NCBI GenBank assembly: GCA_964016885.1
Contig: OZ024741.1
Coordinates: forward strand, 2,914,001 to 2,978,000
Direction of reading: 5' to 3'
Length of the DNA: 64,000 bases
Source of the DNA: Eledone cirrhosa
Taxonomy: Eukaryota
Positions 50,101 through 61,300 of this stretch are shown here, one piece after another. The notes under the pieces are model-generated. The model saw only the letters and a program-made list of their open reading frames with translations. It searched no databases and was not told the origin of the DNA. The position numbers were made by a program, and so were the translations under genes. How positions within the stretch are numbered: position 1 is the stretch's first letter; each line of letters opens with the position of its first letter.

Positions 50101-53100
50101 CTCTCCAGCTATCCTCACAGTTTCTTCTCTGAAGAGCTTCTACTGGTCAGCTCCCCTCACAGTTCATTCTCTGAAGATCTTCTACTGTCCAGTTCTCCAC
50201 ACACATTCTTCTCTGAAGATCTTCTACTGTCCAGCTCTCCTCACACTTTCTTATCTGAAGACCTTCTGCTGTCCAGCTCTCTTCACATTTTCTTCTCTGA
50301 AGACCTTCTACTGTCCAACTCTCCTCACAGTTTCTTCTCTGAAGTTCTTCTTCTGTCCGTCTCTCCTCACAATTTCTTGTCTGAAGACCTTCTGCTGTAT
50401 AGCTCTCCTCACAGTTTCTCCTCTGAAGACGTTCTACTGTACAGCTCTCCTCACAGTTTCTTCTCTGAAGACCTTCTACTCTCCAGCTCTCCTCATCATT
50501 TCTTCTCTGAAGACCTTCTACTGTCCAGCGCTCCTCACAGTTTCTTCTCTGAAGTTCTACTACTGTTCAGCTCTCCTCACAGTTTCTTCTCTGAAGACCT
50601 TCTACTGTCCACCTCTCCTCACAGTTTCCACTCTGAAGACCTTCTTCTGTCCTGCTCTCCTCACAGTTTCTTCTCTGAAGACCTTCTACTGTCCAGTTCC
50701 TCTCACAGTTTCTCATCTGAAGACCTTCTACTGTCCAGCTCTCCTCACAGTTTCTTCTCTGAAGACCTTCTACTGTCCAGTTCCTCTCACAGTTTCTTCT
50801 CTGTAGATTTTCTACTGTCCAGTTCTCCTCACAGTTTCTTCTCTGAAGACCTTCTACTGTCCAGCTCTCCTCACAGATGCTTCGCTGAAGACCTTCTACT
50901 GTCCAGTTCCTCTCACAGTTTCTCCTCTGAAGACCTTCTACTGTCCAGCTCTCCTCACAGTTTCTTCTCTTATGACCTTCTTCTGTATAGCTCTCCTCAC
51001 AGTTTCTTCTCTGAAGACTTTCTACTGTACAGCTCTCCTCACAGTTTCTTCTCTGAAGACCTTCTACTGTCCAGTTCCTCTCACAGTTTCTTCTCTGAAG
51101 ACATTCTACTGTCCAGCTCTCCTCACAGTTTTTTCTCTGAAGACCTTCTGATGTATAGCTCTCCTCACAGTTTCTTCTCTGAGGACCTTCTACTGTACAG
51201 CTCTCCTCACAGTTTCTTCTCTGAAAACCTTCTACTCTCCAGCTCTCCTCATAATTTCTTCTCTGAAGACCTTCTACTGTACAGCTCTCCTCACAGTTTC
51301 TTCTCTGAAGACCTTCTACTCTCCAGCTCTCCTCATAATTTCTTCTCTGAAGACCTTCTACTGTCCAGCTCTCCTCACTGTTTCCTCTCTGAAGACCTTC
51401 TACTGTCCTGCTCTCCTCACAGTTTCTTTTCTGAAGACCTTCTACTGTCCAGTTCTCCTCACATTTTTTATTTGAAGACGTTCTACTGTCCAGCTCTCCT
51501 CACAGTTTCTTCTCTGAAGACCTACTGTCCAGCTCTCCTCACAGTTTCTTTTCTGAAGCCCTTCTGCTGCCCAGCACTCCTCACAGTTTCTTCTCTGAAG
51601 ACCTGCTGCTGTCCAGCTCTCCTCACAGTTTCTTCTCTGAAGAATTTCTACTGTCCAGCTCTTCTCACATATTCTTCTGTGAAGACCTTCTACTGTCCAG
51701 CTCTCCTCACAATTTCTTCTCTGAAGACCTTCTGCTGTCCATCTCTCCTCACAGTTTCTTCTCTGAAGACCTTCTACTGTCTAGCTCTCCGGACAGTTTC
51801 TTCTCTGAAGACCGTCTACTCTCCAGCTCTCCTCACAGTTTCTTCTCTGAAGACCTCCTGCTGACCAGCTCTCATCACAGTTTCTTCTCTGAAGTTCTTC
51901 TACTGTCCATCTCTCCTCACAGTTTCTTGTTTGAAGACCTTCTGCTGTATAGCTCTCCTCACACTTTCTTCTATGCAGACCTTCTACTCTCCAGCTCTCC
52001 TCATCATTTCTTCTCTGAAGACCTTCTACTGTCCAGCTCTCCTCACAGATTCTTCTCTGAAGACCTTCTACTGTCCAGCTCGCCTCACTGTTTCTTCTCT
52101 GAAGACCTTCTACTGTCCAGCTCTCCTCACAGTTTCTTCTCTGAAGACCTTCTGCTGAGCAGCTCTCCTCACACCTTCTTCTATGAAGACCTGCTGCTGT
52201 CCAGCTCTCCTCACAGTTTCTTTTCTGAAGATCTTCTACTGTCCAGCTCTCCTCACAGATTCTTCTGTGAAGACCTTCTACTGTCCAGCTCTCCTCACAA
52301 TTTCTTCTCTGAAGACCTTCTGCTGTCCAGCTCTCCTCACAGTTTCTTCTCTGAAGACCTTCTACACTCCAGTTCTCCTCAAACTTTCTTCTCTGAACAC
52401 CTTCTACTGTCCAGCTCTCCTCACAGTTTCTTCTCTGAAGATCTTCTTCTGTCCAGCTCTCCTCAATGTTTCTTCTCTTAAGAACTTCTACTGTCCAGCT
52501 CTCCTCACAGATTCTTCTGTGAAGACCTTCTACTCTCCAGCTCTCCTGACAATTTCTTCTCTGAAGACCTTCTGCTGTCCAGCTCTCCTCACAGTTTCTT
52601 CACTGAAGACCTTCTATTGTCTAGCTCTCCGGACAGTTTCTTCTCTGAAGACCTTCTACTGTCCAGTTCCTCTCACAGTTTCTCATCTGAAGACCTTCTA
52701 CTGTCCAGCTCTCCTCACAGTTTCTTCGCTGAATACCTTCTACTGTCCAGCTCTCCTCACAGATGCTTCTCTGAAGATCTTCTACTGTCCAGTTCCTCTC
52801 ACAGTTTCTTCTCTGAAGACATTCTACTGTCCAGCTCTCCTCACAGTTTCTTCTCTGAAGACCTTCTGCTGTCCAGCTCTCCTCACACTTTCTTCTCTGA
52901 AGACCTGCTGCTGTCCAGCTCTCCTCACAGTTTCTACTCTGAAGATTTTCTACTGTCCAGCTCTTCTCACGGATTCTTCTGTGAAGACCTTCTACTGTCC
53001 AGCTCTCCTAACAATTTCTTTTCTGAAGACCTTCTGCTGTCCATCTCTCCTCACAGTTTCTTCTCTGAAGACCTTCTACTGTCTAGCTCTCCGGACAGTT

Positions 53101-56100
53101 TCTTCTCTGAAGACCTTCTACTCTCCAGCTCTCCTCACAGTTTCTTCTCTGAAGAGATTCTACTGTCCAGCTCTCCTCACAGTTTCTTGTCTGAAGTTCT
53201 ACTACTGTCCAGCTCTCCTCACAGTTTCTTCTCTGAAGACCTCCTGCTGACCAACTCTCCTCACAGTTTCTTCCCTCAAGTTCTTCTACTGTCCAGCTCT
53301 CCTCACAGTTTCTTCTCTGAAGACCTTCTACTCTCCAGCTCTCCTCATAATTTCTTCCCTGAAGACCTTCTACTGTCCAGCTCTCCTCACAGTTTCTTTT
53401 CTGAAGACCTTCTACTGTCCAGTTCTCCTCACATGTTTTCTTTGAAGACGTTCTACTGTCCAGCTCTCCTCACAGTTTCTTCTCTGAAGACCTACTGTCC
53501 ATCTCTCCTCACAGTTTCTTTTCTGAAGCCCTTCTACTGTCCAGCTCTCCTCACAGTTTCTTCTCTGAATACCTTCTACTGTCCAGCTCTCCTCACAGTT
53601 TCTTCTCTGAAGACCTTCTTCTGTCCAGCTCTCCTCGCAATTTCTTCTCTGAAGGCCTTCTACTGTCCAGCTATCCTCACAGTTTCTTTTCTGAAGGGCT
53701 TCTACTGTTCAGCTCCCCTCACAGTTCATTCACTGAAGATCTTCTACTGTCCAGTTCTCCTCACACTTTCTTCTCTGAAGATCTTCTACTGTCCAGCTCT
53801 CCTCACACATTCTTCTCCGAAGACCTTCTACTGTCCTGCTCTCCTCACAGTTTCTTCTCTGAAGTTCTACTACTGTCCAGCTCTCCTCACAGTTTCTTCT
53901 CTGAAGACCTCCTGCTGACCAGCTCTCCTCACAGTTTCTTCTCAGAAGTTCTTCTACTGTCCATCTCTCCTCACAGTTTCTTGTCTGAAGACCTTCTGCT
54001 GTATAGCTCTCCTCGCAGTTTCTTCTCTGAAGACCTTCTACTGTCCAGCTATCCTCACAGTTTCTTCTCCGAAGAGCTTCTACTGTTCAGCTCCCCTCAC
54101 AGTTCATTCTCTGAAGATCTTCTACTGTCCAGTTCTCCTCACAATTTCATCTCTGAAGATCTTCTACTGTCCAGCTCTCCTCACACTTTCTTTTCTGAAG
54201 ACCTTCTGCTGTCCATCTCTCCTAACAGTTTCTTCTCTGAAGAGGTTCTACTGTCCAGCTCTCCTCACAGTTTCTTGTCTGAAGTTCTACTACTGTCCAT
54301 CTCTCCTCACAGTTTCTTCTCTGAAGACCTTCTACTGTCTAGCTCTCCGGAGAGTTTCTTCTCTGAAGACCTTCTACTCTCCAGCTCTCCTCACAGTTTC
54401 TTCTCTGAAGAACTTCTACTGACCAGCTCTCCTCATGATTTCTTCTCTGAAGACCTTCTACTGTCCAGCTCTCCTCACAGTTTCTTCTCTGTAGAGATTC
54501 TACTGTCCAGCTCTCCTCACTGTTTCTTGTCCTAAGTTCTACTACTGTCCAGCTCTCCTCACAGTTTCTTCTCTGAAGACCTCCTGCTGACCAACTCTCC
54601 GCACAGTTTCTTCTCTGAAGTTCTTCTACTGTCTATCTCTCCTCACAGTTTCTTGTCTGAAGACCTTATGCTGTATAGCTCTCCTCACAGTTTCTTCTCT
54701 GAAGACCTTCTACTGTACAGCTCTCCTCACAGTTTCTTCTCTGAAGACCTTCTACTCTCCAGCTCTCCTCATAATTTCTTCTCTGAAGACCTTCTTCTGT
54801 CCAGCACTCATCACAGATTCTTCTCTGAAGAGCTTCTACTGTCGAGTTCTCCTCACATTTTTTATTTGAAGACGTTCTAGTGTCCAGCTCTCCTCACAGT
54901 TTCTTCTCTGAAGACCTACTGTCCAGCTCTCCTCACAGTTTCTTTTCTGAAGCCCTTCTGCTGCCCAGCACTCCTCACAGTTTCTTCTCTGAACACCTTC
55001 TACTGTCCAGCTCTCCTCACATTTTCTTTTCTGAAGACCTTCTACTGTCCAGCTCTCCTCGCAGTTTCTTCTCTGAAGACCTTCTACTCTCCAGCTATCC
55101 ACACAGTTTCTTCTCTGAAGAGCTTCTACTGGTCAGCTCCCCTCACAGTTCATTCTCTGAAGATCTTCTACTGTCCAGTTCTCCACACACTTTCTTCTCT
55201 GAAGATCTTCTACTGTCCAGCTCTCCTCACACTTTCTTATCTGAAGACCTTCTGCTGTCCAGCTCTCTTCACATTTTCTTCTCTGAAGACCTTCTACTGT
55301 CCAACTCTCCTCACAGTTTCTTCTCTGAAGTTCTTCTTCTGTCCATCTCTCCTCACAATTTCTCGTCTGAAGACCTTCTGCTATATAGCTCTCCTCACAG
55401 TTTCTTCTCTGAAGACGTTCTACTGTACAGCTCACCTCACAGTTTCTTCTCTGAAGACCTTCTACTCTCCAGCTCTCCTCATCATTTCTTCTCTGAAGAC
55501 CTTCTACTGTCCAGCTCTCCTCACAGTTTCTTCTCTGAAGTTCTACTACTGTTCAGCTCTCCTCACAGTTTCTTCTCTGAAGACCTTCTTCTGTCCTGCT
55601 CTCCTCACAGTGTCTTCTCTGAAGACCTTCTACTGTCCAGTTCCTCTCACAGTTTCTCATCTGAAGACCTTCTACTGTCCAGCTCTCCTCACAGTTTCTT
55701 CTCTGAAGACCTTCTACTGTCCAGTTCCTCTCACAGTTTCTTCTCTGTAGATTTTCTACTGTCCAGTTCTCCTCACAGTTTCTTCTCTGAAGACCTTCTA
55801 CTGTCCAGCTCTCCTCACAGATGCTTCGCTGAAGACCTTCTACTGTCCAGTTCCTCTCACAGTTTCTCCTCTGAAGACCTTCTACTGTCCAGCTCTCCTC
55901 ACAGTTTCTTCTCTTATGACCTTCTTCTGTATAGCTCTCCTCACAGTTTCTTCTCTGAAGACTTTCTACTGTACAGCTCTCCTCACAGTTTCTTCTCTGA
56001 AGACCTTCTACTGTCCAGTTCCTCTCACAGTTTCTTCTCTGAAGACATTCTACTGTCCAGCTCTCCTCACAGTTTTTTCTCTGAGGACCTTCTGATGTAT

Positions 56101-56500
56101 AGCTCTCCTCACAGTTTCTTCTCTGAAAACCTTCTACTCTCCAGCTCTCCTCATAATTTCTTCTCTGAAGACCTTCTACTGTACAGCTCTCCTCACAGTT
56201 TCTTCTCTGAAGACCTTCTACTCTCCAGCTCTCCTCATAATTTCTTCTCTGAAGACCTTCTACTGTCCAGCTCTCCTCACTGTTTCCTCTCTGAAGACCT
56301 TCTACTGTCCTGCTCTCCTCACAGTTTCTTTTCTGAAGACCTTCTACTGTCCAGTTCTCCTCACATTTTTTATTTGAAGATGTTCTACTGTCCAGCTCTC
56401 CTCACAGTTTCTTCTCTGAAGACCTACTGTCCAGCTCTCCTCACAGTTTCTTTTCTGAAGCCCTTCTGCTGCCCAGCACTCCTCACAGTTTCTTCTCTGA
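47160..56500 (+). repeat. ~5-kb period higher-order duplication (~47160-51590 vs ~52150-56500)
   Basis: Offsets: 47197/52183, 47631/52617 and 49871/54857 = 4986; 48911/53981 and 49583/54653 = 5070 (+2 monomers). The intervening ~51700-52300 matches ~45660-46270 (offset 6036). Confidence 0.9.
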
Positions 56501-58380
56501 ACACCTTCTACTGTCCAGCTCTCCTCACAGTTTCTTTTCTGAAGACCTTCTACTGTCCAGCTCTCCTCGCAGTTTCTTCTCTGAAGACCTTCTACTCTCC
56601 AGCTATCCTCACAGTTTCTTCTCTGAAGAGCTTCTACTGGTCAGCTCCCCTCACAGTTCATTCTCTGAAGATCTTCTACTGTCCAGTTCTCCACACACTT
56701 TCTTCTCTGAAGATCTTCTACTGTCCAGCTCTCCTCACACTTTCTTATCATAAGACCTTCTGCTGTCCAGCTCTCTTCACATTTTCTTCTCTGAAGACCT
56801 TCTACTGTCCAACTCTCCTCACAGTTTCTTCTCTGAAGTTCTTCTTCTGTCCATCTCTCCTCACAATTTCTTGTCTGAAGACCTTCTGCTATATAGCTCT
56901 CCTCACAGTTTCTTCTCTGAAGACGTTCTACTGTACAGCTCTCCTCACAGTTTCTTCTCTGAAGACCTTCTACTCTCCAGCTCTCCTCATCATTTCTTCT
57001 CTGAAGACCTTCTACTGTCCAGCGCTCCTCACAGTTTCTTCTCTGAAGTTCTACTACTGTTCAGCTCTCCTCACAGTTTCTTCTCTGAAGACCTTCTACT
57101 GTCCACCTCTCCTCACAGTTTCCACTCTGAAGACCTTCTTCTGTCCTGCTCTCCTCACAGTTTCTTCTCTGAAGACCTTCTACTGTCCAGTTCCTCTCAC
57201 AGTTTCTCATCTGAAGACCTTCTACTGTCCAGCTCTCCTCACAGTTTCTTCTCTGAAGACCTTCTACTGTCCAGTTCCTCTCACAGTTTCTTCTTTGTAG
57301 ATTTTCTACTGTCCAGTTCTCCTCACAGTTTCTTCTCTGAAGACCTTCTACTGTCCAGCTCTCCTCACAGATGCTTCGCTGAAGACCTTCTACTGTCCAG
57401 TTCCTCTCACAGTTTCTCCTCTGAAGACCTTCTACTGTCCAGCTCTCCTCACAGTTTCTTCTCTTATGACCTTCTTCTGTATAGCTCTCCTCACAGTTTC
57501 TTCTCTGAAGACTTTCTACTGTACAGCTCTCCTCACAGTTTCTTCTCTGAAGACCTTCTACTGTCCAGTTCCTCTCACAGTTTCTTCTCTGAAGACATTC
57601 TACTGTCCAGCTCTCCTCACAGTTTTTTCTCTGAGGACCTTCTGATGTATAGCTCTCCTCACAGTTTCTTCTCTGAAGACCTTCTACTGTACAGCTCTCC
57701 TCACAGTTTCTTCTCTGAAAACCTTCTACTCTCCAGCTCTCCTCATAATTTCTTCTCTGAAGACCTTCTACTGTACAGCTCTCCTCACAGTTTCTTCTCT
57801 GAAGACCTTCTACTCTCCAGCTCTCCTCATAATTTCTTCTCTGAAGACCTTCTACTGTCCAGCTCTCCTCACTGTTTCCTCTCTGAAGACCTTCTACTGT
57901 CCTGCTCTCCTCACAGTTTCTTTTCTGAAGCCCTTCTGCTGCCCAGCACTCCTCACAGTTTCTTCTCTGAAGACCTGCTGCTGTCCAGCTCTCCTCACAG
58001 TTTCTTCTCTGAAGAATTTCTACTGTCCAGCTCTTCTCACAGTTTCTTCTCTGAAGACCTTCTACTGTCCAGTTCTCCTCACATTTTTTATTTGAAGACG
58101 TTCTACTGTCCAGCTCTCCTCACAGTTTCTTCTCTGAAGACCTACTGTCCAGCTCTCCTCACAGTTTCTTTTCTGAAGCCCTTCTGCTGCCCAGCACTCC
58201 TCACAGTTTCTTCTCTGAAGACCTGCTGCTGTCCAGCTCTCCTCACAGTTTCTTCTCTGAAGAATTTCTACTGTCCAGCTCTTCTCACATATTCTTCTGT
58301 GAAGACCTTTTACTGTCCAGCTCTCCTCACAATTTCTTCTCTGAAGACCTTCTGCTGTCCATCTCTCCTCACAGTTTCTT
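49800..58380 (+). repeat. Three copies of a ~1.5-1.7-kb unit delimited by the 41-bp CACATTTTTTATTTGAAG monomer
   Basis: The marker lies at 49871, 51463, 54857, 56365 and 58083. Spacings are 1592, 1508 and 1718 = 38, 36 and 41 monomers minus 4 bp. ORFs 50377.. and 56871.. are nearly identical (offset 6494). Confidence 0.88.
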
Positions 58381-61300
58381 CTCTGAAGACCTTCTACTCT
58401 CCAGCTCTCCTCACAGTTTCTACTCTGAAGACCTTCTACTGACCAGCTCTCCTCATGATTTCTTCTCTGAAGACCTTCTACTGTCCAACTCTCCTCACAG
58501 TTTCTTCTCTGAAGAGATTCTACTGTCCAGCTCTCCTCACAGTTTCTTGTCTGAAGTTCTACTACTGTCCACCTCTCCTCACAGTTTCTTCTCTGAAGAC
58601 CTCCTGCTAACCAACCTCCTCACAGTTTCTTCTCTGAAGTTCTTCTACTGTCCAGCTCTCCTCACAGATGCTTCTCTGAAGACCTTCTACTGTCCAGTTC
58701 TTCTCACAATTTCTTCACTGAAGACATTCTACTGTCCAGCTCTCCTCACAGTTTCTTCTCTGAAGACCTTCTGCTGTCCAGCTCTCCTCACAGTTTCTTT
58801 TCTGAAGCCCTTCTGCTGCCCAGCACTCCTCACAGTTTCTTCTCTGAACACCTTCTACTGTCCAGCTCTCCTCACAGTTTCTTCTCTGAAGACCTTCTTC
58901 TGTCCAGCTCTCCTCGCAGTTTCTTCTCTGAAGACCTTCTACTGTCCAGCTATCCTAACAGTTTCTTCTCTGAAGAGCTTCTACTGTCCAGTTCTCCTCA
59001 CACTTTCTTCTCTGAAGATCTACTGTCCAGCTCTCCTCACACTTTCTTTTCTGAAGACCTTCTGCTGTCCATCTCTCCTCACAGTTTCTTCTCTGAAGAC
59101 CTTCTACTGTCTAGCTCTCCGGACAGTTTCTTCTCTGAAGACCTTCTACTCTCCAGCTCTCCTCACAGTTTCTTCTCTGAAGAGATTCTACTGTCCAGCT
59201 CTCCTCACAGTTTCTTGTCTGAAGTTCTACTACTGTCCAGCTCTCCTCATAGTTTCTTCTCTGAAGACCTCCTGCTGACCAACTCTCCTCACAGTTTCTT
59301 CTCTGAAGTTCTTCTACTGTCCATCTCTCCTCACAGTTTCTTCTCTGAAGACCTTCTACTGTACAGCTCTCCTCACAGTTTCTTCTCTGAAGACCTTCTA
59401 CTCTCCAGCTCTCCTCATAATTTCTTCTCTGAAGACCTTCTACTGTACAGCTCTCCTCACAGATTCTTCTCTGAAGATCTTCTACTGTCCAGCTCTCATC
59501 ACAGTTTCTTCTCTGAAGACCTTCTTCTGTCCAGCTCTCCTCGCAATTTCTTCTCTGAAGACCTTCTACTGTCCATCTCTCCTCACAGTTTCTTTTCTGA
59601 AGACCTTCTGCTGTATAGCTCTCCTCACAGTTTCTTCTCTGAAGACCTTCTACTGTACAGCTCTCCTCACAGTTTCTTCTCTGAAGACCTTCTACTCTCC
59701 AGCTCTCCTCATCATTTCTTCTCTGAAGACCTTCTACTGTCCAGCGCTCCTCACACATTCTTCTCTGAAGACCTTCTACTGTCCAGCTCTCCTCACAGTT
59801 TCTTTTCTGAAGACCTTCTACTGTCCAGTTCTACTCACATTTTTTCTTTGAAGACGTTCTACTGTCCAGCTCTCCTCACAATTTCTTCTCTGAAGACCTA
59901 CTGTCCAGCTCTCCTCACAGTTTCTTTTCTGAAGCCCTTCTGCTTCCCAGCACTCCTCACAGTTTCTTCTCTGAACACATTCTACTCTCCAGCTCTCCTC
60001 ATGATTTCTTCTCTGAAGACCTTCTTCTGTCCAGCTCTCCTCCCAGTTTCTTCTCTGAAGACCTTCTACTGTCCAGCTATCCTCACAGTTTCTTCTCTGA
60101 AGAGCTTCTACTGTTCAGCTCCCCTCACAGTTCATTCTCTGAAGATCATCTACTGTCCAGTTCTCCTCACACTTTCTTCTCTGAAGACCTTCTACTGTCC
60201 AGCTATCCTCACAGTTTCTTCTCTGAAGAGCTTCTACTGTTCAGCTCCCGTCACAGTTCATTCTCTGAAGATCATCTACTGTCCAGTTCTCCTCACACTT
60301 TCTTTTCTGAAGACCTTCTGCTTTCCATCTCTCCTCACAGTTTCTTCTCTGAAGACCTTCTACTGTCTAGCTCTCCGGACAGTTTCTTCTCTGAAGATCT
60401 TCTACTGTACAGATCTCCTCACAGTTTCTTCTTTGAAGACTTTCTACTGACCAGCTCTCCTCATGATTTCTTCTCTGAAGACCTTCTACTGTCCAGCTCT
60501 CCTCACAGTTTCTTCTCTGAAGAGATTCTACTGTCCAGCTCTCCTCAGAGTTTCTTGTCTGAAGTTCTACTACTGTCCAGCTCTCCTCACAGTTTCTTCT
60601 CTGAAGACCTCCTGCTGACCAACTCTCCTCAAAGTTTTTTCTCTGAAGTTCTTCTACTGTCCATCTCTCCTCACATTTTCTTGTCTGAAGACCTTCTGCT
60701 GTATAGCTCTCCTCACAGTTTCTTCTCTGAAGACCTTCTACTGTCCAGCTCTCCTCACAGTTTCTTCTCTGAAGCCCTTCTACTGTCCAGCTCTCCTCAC
60801 AGTTACTTTTCTGAAGACCTTCTACTGTCCAGTTCTCCTCACACTTTCTTCTTTGAAGACCTTCTACTGTCCAGCTCTCCTCACAGTTTATTCTCTGAAG
60901 ACCTACTGTCCAGCTCTCCTCACAGTTTCTTTCCTGAAGACCTTCTGCTGTCCAGCTCTCCTCACAGTTACTTTTCTGAAGACCTTCTACTGTCCAGTTC
61001 TCCTCACACTTTCTTCTTTGAAGACCTTCTACTCTCCAGCTCTCCTCACAGTTTCTTCTCTGAAGACCTTCTACTGTCCAGCTCTCCTCATGATTTTTTC
61101 TCTGAAGACCTTCTACTGTCCAGCTCTCCTCACAGTTTCTTCTCTGAAGAGATTCTACTGTCCAGCTCTCCTCACAGTTTCTTGTCTGAAGTTCTAGTAC
61201 TGTCCAGCTCTCCTCACAGTTTCTTCTCTGAAGACCTTCTACTGTCCATCTCTCCTCACACCTTCTTCTCTGAAGACCTTCTACTGTCCAGCTCTCCTCA

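Noticed and set aside
55606-55612. RSS heptamer CACAGTG (the consensus monomer has CACAGTT)
   Set aside because: It is a single point variant, with no ACAAAAACC-like nonamer at 12 or 23 bp and no V/J segments.
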